DNA of 64,000 nucleotides. Source: an uncultured Enterobacterales bacterium. Its GTDB lineage: Bacteria; Myxococcota_A; UBA796; JAFGLY01. The position numbers were made by a program, and so were the translations under genes. Location of the stretch: assembly GCA_964481655.1 (NCBI GenBank), contig CAYZVO010000002.1, forward strand, positions 21,746 through 85,745, read 5' to 3'. The notes beneath the pieces are model-generated. The model was given only the letters and a program-made list of their open reading frames with translations, searched no databases and had not been told where the DNA came from. Below, in pieces: positions 56,738 through 64,000 of the stretch (its first letter is position 1; each line of letters opens with the position of its first letter).

Positions 56738-57730
56738 CTAGTCGTCGAGGAACTGGATGATGCGGGCCTGGCGGACGCGGAGCACGCCGTCGATCTCGTC
56801 GATCTTGCGCAGCACCTCGGGCACGCGGCCGACCGCACCCTGGCCGGTGACCATGGCCACCAGGCGGCCGCCGTCGTCGATGACGTCGCAGAAGATGACG
56901 TCGTCGATGAAGAACACCGTGGTGAAGACCTGCTGGATGGCCGACGGGTCGATGTCCACCATCAGGTAGCTGGCGGTGCCGCGCTGGCTGGTGCCCGTGA
57001 CGGCCTCGCCGCCGCGGATGGCGTCCCGGTAGCTCTTGACGAAGTCCTCGATGTCCCGGTCCAGCTTCGGGCGCTCCACCGACGAGACGGAGACCACCTC
57101 GATGCCGGCCATGGAGCCGACGGTCTGGAAGATCGTCTCGATGCCGGTGGCCGCGGGGGCCTGGACCAGGAGGATGACGTCCACGTCGCCGTGGACCGCG
57201 TGGCAGGAGTGCACGCCCGGCAGCTCCTGCAGCTCCCGGAAGATCTGGGCGCTGCGGGCTTCGTTGGTGATGCGGACCGTGAGGTAGGCGCTCATGGTCT
57301 CGGTGACGCTGGGGGCAGCCGCGCGCCGGGTGGTGGTGGTGGCCTCGCCGCGGGGCAGGCCCTCGAGGGCCTCGACCAGCTCGTGGACCTCGAAGGGCTT
57401 GTCCAGGAAGGCGGTGTTGGGCTCGGCCAGGGCGGTGGTCTCGAGGGTCTCGTCGCCGAAGCCGGTGATGACCACGGCCGGGAGGTCGGGGAAGTGGCTC
57501 TTGATGACCTTGAGGATCTTCAGGCCGTCGATGTCGGGCATGAAGATGTCGGTGACCAGGAAGTCGTACCCGTTGCCCTCGGCGCCGGCGCGCTCGAGCT
57601 CGTGCACGGCGGAGATGCCGTCCGGGCAGGCGACGACCTCGAAGCCGTGCTGGGTCAGACCGAAGATGAGGTTGCGGCGAATCTCGGGTTCGTCATCGAT
57701 GACGAGAACGCGGCCCTTGGTGTCTTCCAT
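56738..57730 (-). CDS. Response regulator with two C-terminal Lrp/AsnC ligand-binding (RAM)-like domains
   Basis: REC: VLVIDDE, LVTDIFMP, ITG, LDKPF. Then AYLTVRI...LPGVHSCHAVHGDVDVILLV and SYLMVDI...VLRKIDEIDGVLRV. GGAGG RBS. Confidence 0.8.
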   Translation of the reverse strand: MEDTKGRVLVIDDEPEIRRNLIFGLTQHGFEVVACPDGISAVHELERAGAEGNGYDFLVTDIFMPDIDGLKILKVIKSHFPDLPAVVITGFGDETLETTALAEPNTAFLDKPFEVHELVEALEGLPRGEATTTTRRAAAPSVTETMSAYLTVRITNEARSAQIFRELQELPGVHSCHAVHGDVDVILLVQAPAATGIETIFQTVGSMAGIEVVSVSSVERPKLDRDIEDFVKSYRDAIRGGEAVTGTSQRGTASYLMVDIDPSAIQQVFTTVFFIDDVIFCDVIDDGGRLVAMVTGQGAVGRVPEVLRKIDEIDGVLRVRQARIIQFLDD

Positions 57731-58045
57731 GGTGTCCTCCGAACGAGGGAGTGAGTGGGAGCCCCAATTGAACCGGTCCAGAGGGGACGCACCCATGCGA
57801 TCCGTCAGGTTGCGCCGGCCCTTTTGGGTGGTTCACAGGGCCCGTGAGAGGGGTCAGGGAGCCTGCCGGAAAGCCGCCTGTCGAAGATCTGTACACCCCC
57901 CTCGTCGCCCCGCGGTCCGTGAGCATCGAGGGACTCTTTCGGGGGTCGGCGCCCCGCCTGTGGTGGGCTCCCGGGCTCTCGGGGCCCACGCGCCATGACC
58001 TGTGCGACATGGCATCCGTCATGGTTCGCGGACTATGCTCGGCCC

Positions 58046-60964
58046 ATGCGTCCCCTGCGACCCTGGATCCCGACGGCGCTGTTGCTCGTCCTGCTGCTCG
58101 CGCTGACCGGTGGGAGCGTCTGGTTGCATCCCGCGACCCGGCAGCTCGGTAGCGGCGCCAGCGAGGGCCCGATCCACCTGTGGTCGCTGTGGGTGGCCGC
58201 CGAGGGCCTGTTCAGCTCCGGCCCGCTGCTGCGGATCGCGCCGGAGGTGGCCTTCCCGGATGGCTTCGCCGCCCACCTGATGGATCCAGTCAGCCTGCTG
58301 CTGTTCCTGCCCGGCTTCCTGCTCGGTGGCGGTGGTGCGGCCGGGGCCTCCCTCGGCTGGAACCTGCTGCACGCCGGCGCGGTGCTCATCGCGGGGCTGG
58401 GCGCCTACCGCCTGGCGCGGGTGCTGGACCCGGATCCCGACAGCTCACCCTGGACCGCGGCGCTGATGGTCGCCGGGGTGGCCGGCGGCAGCTTCCTGCT
58501 CTCCCATCCCTGGTTCGGGCGCACCGAGCTGCTGGCCCTGGTGCTCATGCCCCTCCACCTCGCGCTGCTGCTGCCCTGGGTGCGCGGCGACGGGGGCTGG
58601 CGGACGGGCCTGGGGGCCGGCCTGCTGCTCGGCGGTGTGGCCCTGGGGGGCGGCTACGCGGGGGTCTTCGCCCTGCTGCTCGAGCTGCCCCTGGGGCTGT
58701 GGCTGCTGGCTGTGTCCCGGCAGCGGCGGCGGGTCCTGGGGCGGCTGGCGCTGGTGGCCGGGATCGCGCTGCTGCTGGCTTCACCGGCGGTGCTGGCGCT
58801 GCTGGCCTATCCGCCCCTGTCCTTCGGCTCCTTGAGCGATCCTGCCCAGTTCACCGTGCCGTCGCTCACGCCGGGGCAGCTGGCCTGGGTCCTGCGCCTC
58901 GAGCGCCCTGGGGCGGGGGCGCTGTTGATGGACCAGCCGGTCTACCCGGGGGTGGTGCTGCTGGCCCTGGCGGGGATCGGCGCGGCGCTGCGGCCCCGCC
59001 GAGCGCTGCTGTGGCTGTTGCTGGGGCTGTGGCTGCTGGTGTTGGCCCTGGGGCGGGAGCTGGAGCTGGGTGGTGGCGAGGCCCTGCCCCTGCCCGCCGC
59101 CCTGCTGGCCTGGCTCGTGCCGGCGCTGGCCTACATCAAGTTCTGGAGCCGGCTGGGGATCCTCGTGCCCCTGCCCCTGGCGGTGGCCGCCGGCCTGGGC
59201 CTGGCCGCGATGCTGAGGCGCTGTCCCTCGCGGCTGCGGCCGGTGCTGGGGCTCGTGCTGGTGGCCGCGGTGCTGGCGGACCAGGCGACCTGGCCCCGGC
59301 CGTGGGCGCCGCGCCCGGCCTTCGAGGCGGCCATGCCGGCGGAGCTCGGCGCCACCATCGACGCGCTGCCTCCAGGCGCGCTGATGCACCTGCCCCTCGA
59401 GGTCCCCACGGCCGAGGGGCAGCTGCTCGAGACCGGCTTCTCGATCCTCTGGTCCCGGCAGCACGACCGGGCGGTGACCGCCACGCCGGCGGAGCATGGA
59501 GATCAGCTGCTCCAGCGCAGCAACCTGGCCCGCTTCGCGGTGAACCTCCAGGCGGGGCTCGCCAGCGGGGTGGCCACCAGCCCTGGGGATCTGGTGCGGC
59601 CGGGGGCCGACGGCGAGGCCAGCGCGCGGGAGGCCGGCTGCCTGCGCCGGGACGCCGCTGTGCTGGCCGAGCTGGGTCTGGGCGGGCTGGTGCTCCACAT
59701 CGACCGCCCTGGCGGGCCGGCGCTCGCGGCCGTCCTCGAGGACGCCCTGGGGGGCCCGACGGTCCGCGGTGACCGCCTGCTGGCCTGGGACCCCGCCGCG
59801 GTGACCCTGCGGGAGGGCGACGGGGCCTGCAGCCTGTTCGGCCTGCACCCGGTGGCCTCCGCTCGCCTCGCGGGCCTCGAAGAGGCCAGCACCCCCAGCG
59901 TGCTGCTGCTGGTGGTCCCCGACCCCGACGCCGGGGCCCTCGACGCCCTGCGCCGCCTCGCGGCACGCGGTGTGCGCTTCGAGGGGGCGCTGCGCAGCGA
60001 GGTCGACCTCGAGGCCGACCTGGAGGCGGTGCTGGACGGCGGCGGGCATCCCCTGCAGCGATCCCTGGCGGAGGCCGGCTACCTCGTTGCGGAGCCCGGT
60101 CGCTCCCGGGACAGCGGTGACACACCGGAGCCCGCCCAGATCATCTCCTGGTTGGCGGCCGCGCCCGACGGACCCTGGCTGGCCGCGGCGACGCTGCGGG
60201 GTGGAGGCGCCGAGCTGCCGGCCGTGCTGGACGCCGTGGACGCCATGGGCTCCGACGCGCCCATCACGGTCGTCGTGGCTGGCGCTCGGGGTGGCGGGCT
60301 GCCCGCCGCGGAGGCGCTGCGGGATCCCCAGCTGGCGGTGGAGCTCGTGGTCGCCGACCCGGGCCTGGGGGGCGGCTGGGTCGTGGACCGGCCCGTGCAG
60401 CTGTCGGACCTGGGGCCTACCCTCCGCGAGCGCGCGGGCCTCGAGCCCGGCAACGGCGCCCGCGCCCGCTCCCTGGTGCCCCAGCTGCGGGGGGACACGC
60501 CGCTGGTCAGCGGCCGGCCCATGCTCGTCGAGGCCCCGGACGGGGTGGCGCTGCGCACCCCCGGTCACAAGCTCATCGTCACCGACGAGGGGAGCCTGCT
60601 GTTCGACCTCGAGGCGGATCCCGGCGAGCTCCACGACCTCGCCGCCGAGCAGCCCGCGCTCCTGCAGCGGCTCACCCGTCAGCTCGAGGCGCTGCGCGAA
60701 CCGGCGGCGCTGCCCTCATCGCCGTCGGCCCCTGCGCCGGGCTCCGCCGGGCCCGCGCACCCCCTGGCGCGCCTCGCCGCCCTCGAGGACGAGCGCGCCG
60801 CGCTGCTGGCCGACATCGCCCAGCTCGAGGGGGCGGAGGGAGCCAGCGAGACGCAGGAGCTCGAGCGGCTTCGGAAGCGGCTGCATGCGCTGGACATCAA
60901 GATTCGCCCGCTGCTGAAGGCCCGCGAGGACGCGGGCGGGGGCGGGGCGCCGGGCCGGCGCTAG
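58046..60964 (+). CDS. Polytopic membrane protein (GT-C-like) fused to a degenerate sulfatase/alkaline-phosphatase-fold domain and coiled-coil tail
   Basis: About 12 TM helices, then ALRRLAARGVRFEGA, RPVQLSDLGPTL and LFDLEADPGELHDLA (sulfatase-like framework). Confidence 0.7.
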   Translation: MRPLRPWIPTALLLVLLLALTGGSVWLHPATRQLGSGASEGPIHLWSLWVAAEGLFSSGPLLRIAPEVAFPDGFAAHLMDPVSLLLFLPGFLLGGGGAAGASLGWNLLHAGAVLIAGLGAYRLARVLDPDPDSSPWTAALMVAGVAGGSFLLSHPWFGRTELLALVLMPLHLALLLPWVRGDGGWRTGLGAGLLLGGVALGGGYAGVFALLLELPLGLWLLAVSRQRRRVLGRLALVAGIALLLASPAVLALLAYPPLSFGSLSDPAQFTVPSLTPGQLAWVLRLERPGAGALLMDQPVYPGVVLLALAGIGAALRPRRALLWLLLGLWLLVLALGRELELGGGEALPLPAALLAWLVPALAYIKFWSRLGILVPLPLAVAAGLGLAAMLRRCPSRLRPVLGLVLVAAVLADQATWPRPWAPRPAFEAAMPAELGATIDALPPGALMHLPLEVPTAEGQLLETGFSILWSRQHDRAVTATPAEHGDQLLQRSNLARFAVNLQAGLASGVATSPGDLVRPGADGEASAREAGCLRRDAAVLAELGLGGLVLHIDRPGGPALAAVLEDALGGPTVRGDRLLAWDPAAVTLREGDGACSLFGLHPVASARLAGLEEASTPSVLLLVVPDPDAGALDALRRLAARGVRFEGALRSEVDLEADLEAVLDGGGHPLQRSLAEAGYLVAEPGRSRDSGDTPEPAQIISWLAAAPDGPWLAAATLRGGGAELPAVLDAVDAMGSDAPITVVVAGARGGGLPAAEALRDPQLAVELVVADPGLGGGWVVDRPVQLSDLGPTLRERAGLEPGNGARARSLVPQLRGDTPLVSGRPMLVEAPDGVALRTPGHKLIVTDEGSLLFDLEADPGELHDLAAEQPALLQRLTRQLEALREPAALPSSPSAPAPGSAGPAHPLARLAALEDERAALLADIAQLEGAEGASETQELERLRKRLHALDIKIRPLLKAREDAGGGGAPGRR

Positions 60965-61779
60965 CGCCAGGGACGGTGGCGGGCGAGCTGGGCCTGGGCG
61001 TGGCGCAGGCTGTCGGCGGCGCCGCCCTCGGCGGGCGCGAAGCGGGATGTGCCGAACAGGTCGCGCAGGGCCAGGGCCCCCGCGTCGTCGGCCATCAGCG
61101 CCTCGAAGGCCGCCACCATGTCGGCCCGGAGGCGTCGCGAGGTCCCAGGCCAGGCACAGACCACGTCCGTGGGGGAGGGGTCCGTGACCATCAGGGGGCG
61201 CATGGCGGTGCCGGGGGTGGGGGGCGCGGAGTGCCAGCCGGCGTCGGCGATGGTGGCTGGGTCGTCGGGGTCGGAGAGGGAGGCGAAGGTGGCGCCCGCG
61301 TCGATCTTGCCGTCGGCCACCGCCTGGACCACGGCGCCCTGGGAGCCCACGAAGCGGGGGGGCGCCGCGATTGTGGCCCCCACCACGGCCAGCTCGGCCG
61401 CTCGCAGCACCTAGCCCGCGGCCGAGCGCCGGTGCACGAAGCCCACGGTGCGGCCCGCGAGCTCCTTGGCGTCGCTCACGGCCGCGTCGTCCCGCACGAA
61501 CAGGACGCCGTGGTACTGGTCCCGGCCGGCCCGCTCGGCCTGCAGCAGGCAGTGCACGCCGGCGTGCTCGGCGAGCTGCCAGCCCTCGACCGGCGGCAGC
61601 CAGCCGAAGTCCAGCCGCCCGTCGGCCAGGCCGTCGGCGAGCTCGCTGTAGCTCTGGTGAACCCGGGGCTCCACGGGGGCCTGCAGCTGGCCTTCGAGGA
61701 GCAGGGTGAGTCGGCGGGCGGCACCCGCGCTGGCGCTCGAGGACACCATCGGGACGCCGAAGGTGATCAGTGGGGCCAT
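60961..61779 (-). pseudogene. PhnD/phosphate-phosphonate-type substrate-binding protein interrupted by an in-frame TAG (61411-61413)
   Basis: The two track ORFs are in the same frame and join as LAGRTVGFVHRRSAAG*VLRAAEL...FVGSQGAVVQAVADGKIDAGA. N-half has SYSELADGLADGRLDFGWLPP. GGAG RBS before ATG 61779. Confidence 0.8.
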
Positions 61780-61870
61780 CGTCTCGCTCCTGATTCGAGC
61801 GATCAACATACCGCCGCTCGGCGGTGGCTGACCACTGTGCTCAGCGCCTGCGGCCAGGTAAGCTCGATGG

Positions 61871-64000
61871 ATGGCCCCCCGCCGCCCCGTCCACCCGACC
61901 CACATCGGTCCCTACCCGGTCCTTCGACCCCTGGGAGAAGGGGGCATGGCCCGGGTCTACGCCGTGGAGGACCCCGCCACCGGGCGGCACCGGGCGGTGA
62001 AGCTGCTGACCCAGCGCGGCATGGCCTGGACCCGGTTCGGCCGGGAGTACCGCGCCCTGGCGCGGCTGGACCACCCGAACATCGTGAAGGTCTACCGCTA
62101 CGGTGTGGACGAGCACCTGCAGGCCTACCTGGTCATGGAGCTGCTCGACGGGGATCCCATCCAGGTCTGGGCCGCCCGCTACGGCGAGCCTGGGGCGCCG
62201 GAGCGCAGCGCCGCGGTGGTCCATGCCCTCATCGGCCTCGCCGAGGCTCTGGGCTACCTGCACGCCCGGCGCTACATCCACCGGGATCTCAAGTCCAACA
62301 ACGTGCTGGTGCTCGACGACGGCACCGCCAAGCTGCTGGACTTCGGCGCGACCCGCGGCATCGGCCCGGACGCCTCGAGCATCACGCGGCTGGGTGAGTT
62401 CGTGGGCACCTTCACCTACGCCTCGCCGGAGCAGATCGACGGCGACGACCTGGACGAGCGCAGCGACCTGTACTCCCTGGGCGTGCTGGCCTACCGCCTG
62501 CTCTGCGGCCGCCCGCCGTTCGAGGCCGACAGCGCGGCGGCCATCTCGCGGATGCACTTCGAGCGCAGCCCCGAGCCCCCCCACCAACGGGTGCCGGGCA
62601 TCCCCGAGCCCCTCTCGCAGCTGGTGCTGACCCTGCTGGCGAAGCGCCCGGAGGACCGGGTGCAGTCGGCCCCGGAGCTGGCGGACGCCCTGCGCCTGCT
62701 GGCCGGCGATGGTGCCACCGGCCGCTGGGGGGCTGGCCGCGATCCCGGCGCCCCGCCGCGGCTCACGGGGCGCCGCGGCGCGCGCCAGGCCCTCGAGGCG
62801 ATGGTCGAGCGGGCTCGCCCGGGGCGTATGGCCCTGATCGTGGGGCGTCCCGGCTCGGGGCGGGATCGGATGCTGGCCGAGGCCCGGGACGTCGCCGAGG
62901 CGGCGGGCTTCGAGCCCTGGAAGGTGCGGATCGCCGATGACGGCGGCCTCGAGCTGCGGCTCTGGGGCCCCTCCAGCGCCGCCCCCCAGGGCCTGGAGGC
63001 CTTCGTCGACGCCATCGACGCCGGCGGGCGGGCGGTGGCCCTGTGCGTGCGCCACATCGAGCGCGCGCCGGCCGCCGGGATCGAGGCCTTGAAGCGCCTG
63101 CGGGAGCTGGCGGTGCAGCGCTCGCTGCCACTGCTCGTGTTCGCCTCGGTGCTGGACCGGGCGGACAGCGGGTTGCTGCGGCTGGCGTTCATGGACGCCG
63201 CGCGCATCGCGCTGCGGCCCCTGACCCGCGGTGAGGTGACCGCCCTGGTCGACGCCATGGTGGGGGCTGGCGTGGCCTCGCGGCGCACAGCCGGGGCCAT
63301 CTTCGGCGCCACGGGCGCCCAGCCTGGCTTCGTGGTGCAGGTGGTCCAGGCGATGGTCGCCGGCTCCCTGTTCGCTCCGGAGCGCACCCCTGTGGGGATC
63401 GAGCGGATGCGCGACCGTTCCGAGGGCCGGGTCGTCGTGCCCAAGCCCGTGCGGCGGGCCCTGGCCCACCAGCTCGGCGCGCTGCCCCAGGCCTCGACCC
63501 GCCTGCTCGTGGCCGTCGCCCTGGCAGAGGATGCCGCGGCGCCCGAGGTCGTCCAGCGGGCCCTGGGCCTCTCCCCGGATCAGCTGCAGGCCACCGTCGG
63601 CGCGCTGATCAGGCAGGGCATCCTGGCGGAGCCGGGACCCACCGGGGTGCTCGAGCTGGCCGTGAAGCTCGCCGCGCCGGCGCTGCTGGACAGGGTCGGG
63701 GAGCGCGATCGCGCGCACCTGCTGGAGCGCCTGGCCGAGGCCCTCCCCGGTCCGGGGCCCAGCCTCGCCGCGGTGGGCATCTTCGCGGCTGCCCGCCGAC
63801 ACGACGAGGCCCAGGACGAGCTGGTGCGCTGCTACCAGGCCAGCCGCACCGGCTTCGACCTGGCGCAGCAGAGCGTGCTGGTGGGCGAGGTCGTGGGCCG
63901 CGCCACCCGGCAGCAGCTGGCCCACCCCACCACCCTGGCCCGGCTGGAGGCCTGCTGGGCGCGCACCGTGGCGGCGGTGGATCTGGACGACCCCAGGGTC
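61871..64000 (+). CDS. Serine/threonine protein kinase with downstream AAA/STAND-like region (3'-truncated; absent from the ORF track)
   Basis: Manual translation from ATG 61871: IGPYPVLRPLGEGGMARVY, AVKLL, HPNIV, YLVMELL, IHRDLKSNNVL, LLDFG, GTFTYASPEQ and DLYSLG. No in-frame stop was seen before the window end. Confidence 0.92.
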   Translation, partial: MAPRRPVHPTHIGPYPVLRPLGEGGMARVYAVEDPATGRHRAVKLLTQRGMAWTRFGREYRALARLDHPNIVKVYRYGVDEHLQAYLVMELLDGDPIQVWAARYGEPGAPERSAAVVHALIGLAEALGYLHARRYIHRDLKSNNVLVLDDGTAKLLDFGATRGIGPDASSITRLGEFVGTFTYASPEQIDGDDLDERSDLYSLGVLAYRLLCGRPPFEADSAAAISRMHFERSPEPPHQRVPGIPEPLSQLVLTLLAKRPEDRVQSAPELADALRLLAGDGATGRWGAGRDPGAPPRLTGRRGARQALEAMVERARPGRMALIVGRPGSGRDRMLAEARDVAEAAGFEPWKVRIADDGGLELRLWGPSSAAPQGLEAFVDAIDAGGRAVALCVRHIERAPAAGIEALKRLRELAVQRSLPLLVFASVLDRADSGLLRLAFMDAARIALRPLTRGEVTALVDAMVGAGVASRRTAGAIFGATGAQPGFVVQVVQAMVAGSLFAPERTPVGIERMRDRSEGRVVVPKPVRRALAHQLGALPQASTRLLVAVALAEDAAAPEVVQRALGLSPDQLQATVGALIRQGILAEPGPTGVLELAVKLAAPALLDRVGERDRAHLLERLAEALPGPGPSLAAVGIFAAARRHDEAQDELVRCYQASRTGFDLAQQSVLVGEVVGRATRQQLAHPTTLARLEACWARTVAAVDLDDPRV

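Noticed and set aside
57731-58045. Sigma54 promoter or FNR box upstream of the redox operon
   Set aside because: No correctly spaced GG-N10-GC element was found. TTGAACCGGTCCAG (57768) is too far from TTGAT-N4-ATCAA to call.
61411-61413. Pyrrolysine insertion or stop-codon reassignment
   Set aside because: TAG terminates many genes in the window, the position aligns with a Tyr one base change away, and no pyl genes are seen.

Overview
Very GC-rich (roughly 70% or more by eye), densely coding bacterial DNA. The gene content resembles Myxococcota/Deltaproteobacteria: many lipoproteins with acidic DT/DA linkers, FG-GAP and MopE-type repeats, a Ser/Thr kinase and a standalone PhnD-like protein. 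That taxonomic reading is inference. About 48 real CDSs are supported. Most other long ORFs in the track are antisense or off-frame shadows caused by high GC. No rRNA, tRNA or CRISPR array was recognised. Main elements: (1) a RAYT-like HUH/Y1 transposase whose 3' end runs into three ~48-bp hairpins spaced exactly 63 bp apart. (2) A putative lipid synthesis/export locus: rifamycin-phosphotransferase-like PEP-utiliser, DUF3419/BtaA-like enzyme, MMPL and a beta-propeller, divergent from START, LolA-like and OM-barrel genes, with a ~315-bp imperfect palindrome between the two operons. A possibly related polyprenol kinase/GNAT/OleC-like operon lies ~15 kb downstream. (3) Nitrate/sulfonate-type ABC transporter genes and a ctaA-ctaB pair with no oxidase genes nearby. 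(4) A cluster of integrin-alpha-like FG-GAP lipoproteins. (5) A six-gene cluster: REC-(Lrp/AsnC)x2 regulator, HydC/HydB-like subunits, a GltD-fused HydA/NuoG-like subunit (probably an electron-bifurcating NfnABC/Bfu-type complex), a histidine kinase and an NtrC-like regulator with degenerate catalytic motifs. (6) A PhnD-like gene broken by an in-frame TAG at a conserved Tyr, next to a 3'-truncated Ser/Thr kinase that the ORF track misses. All family assignments come from motif recognition by eye; no database search was run.
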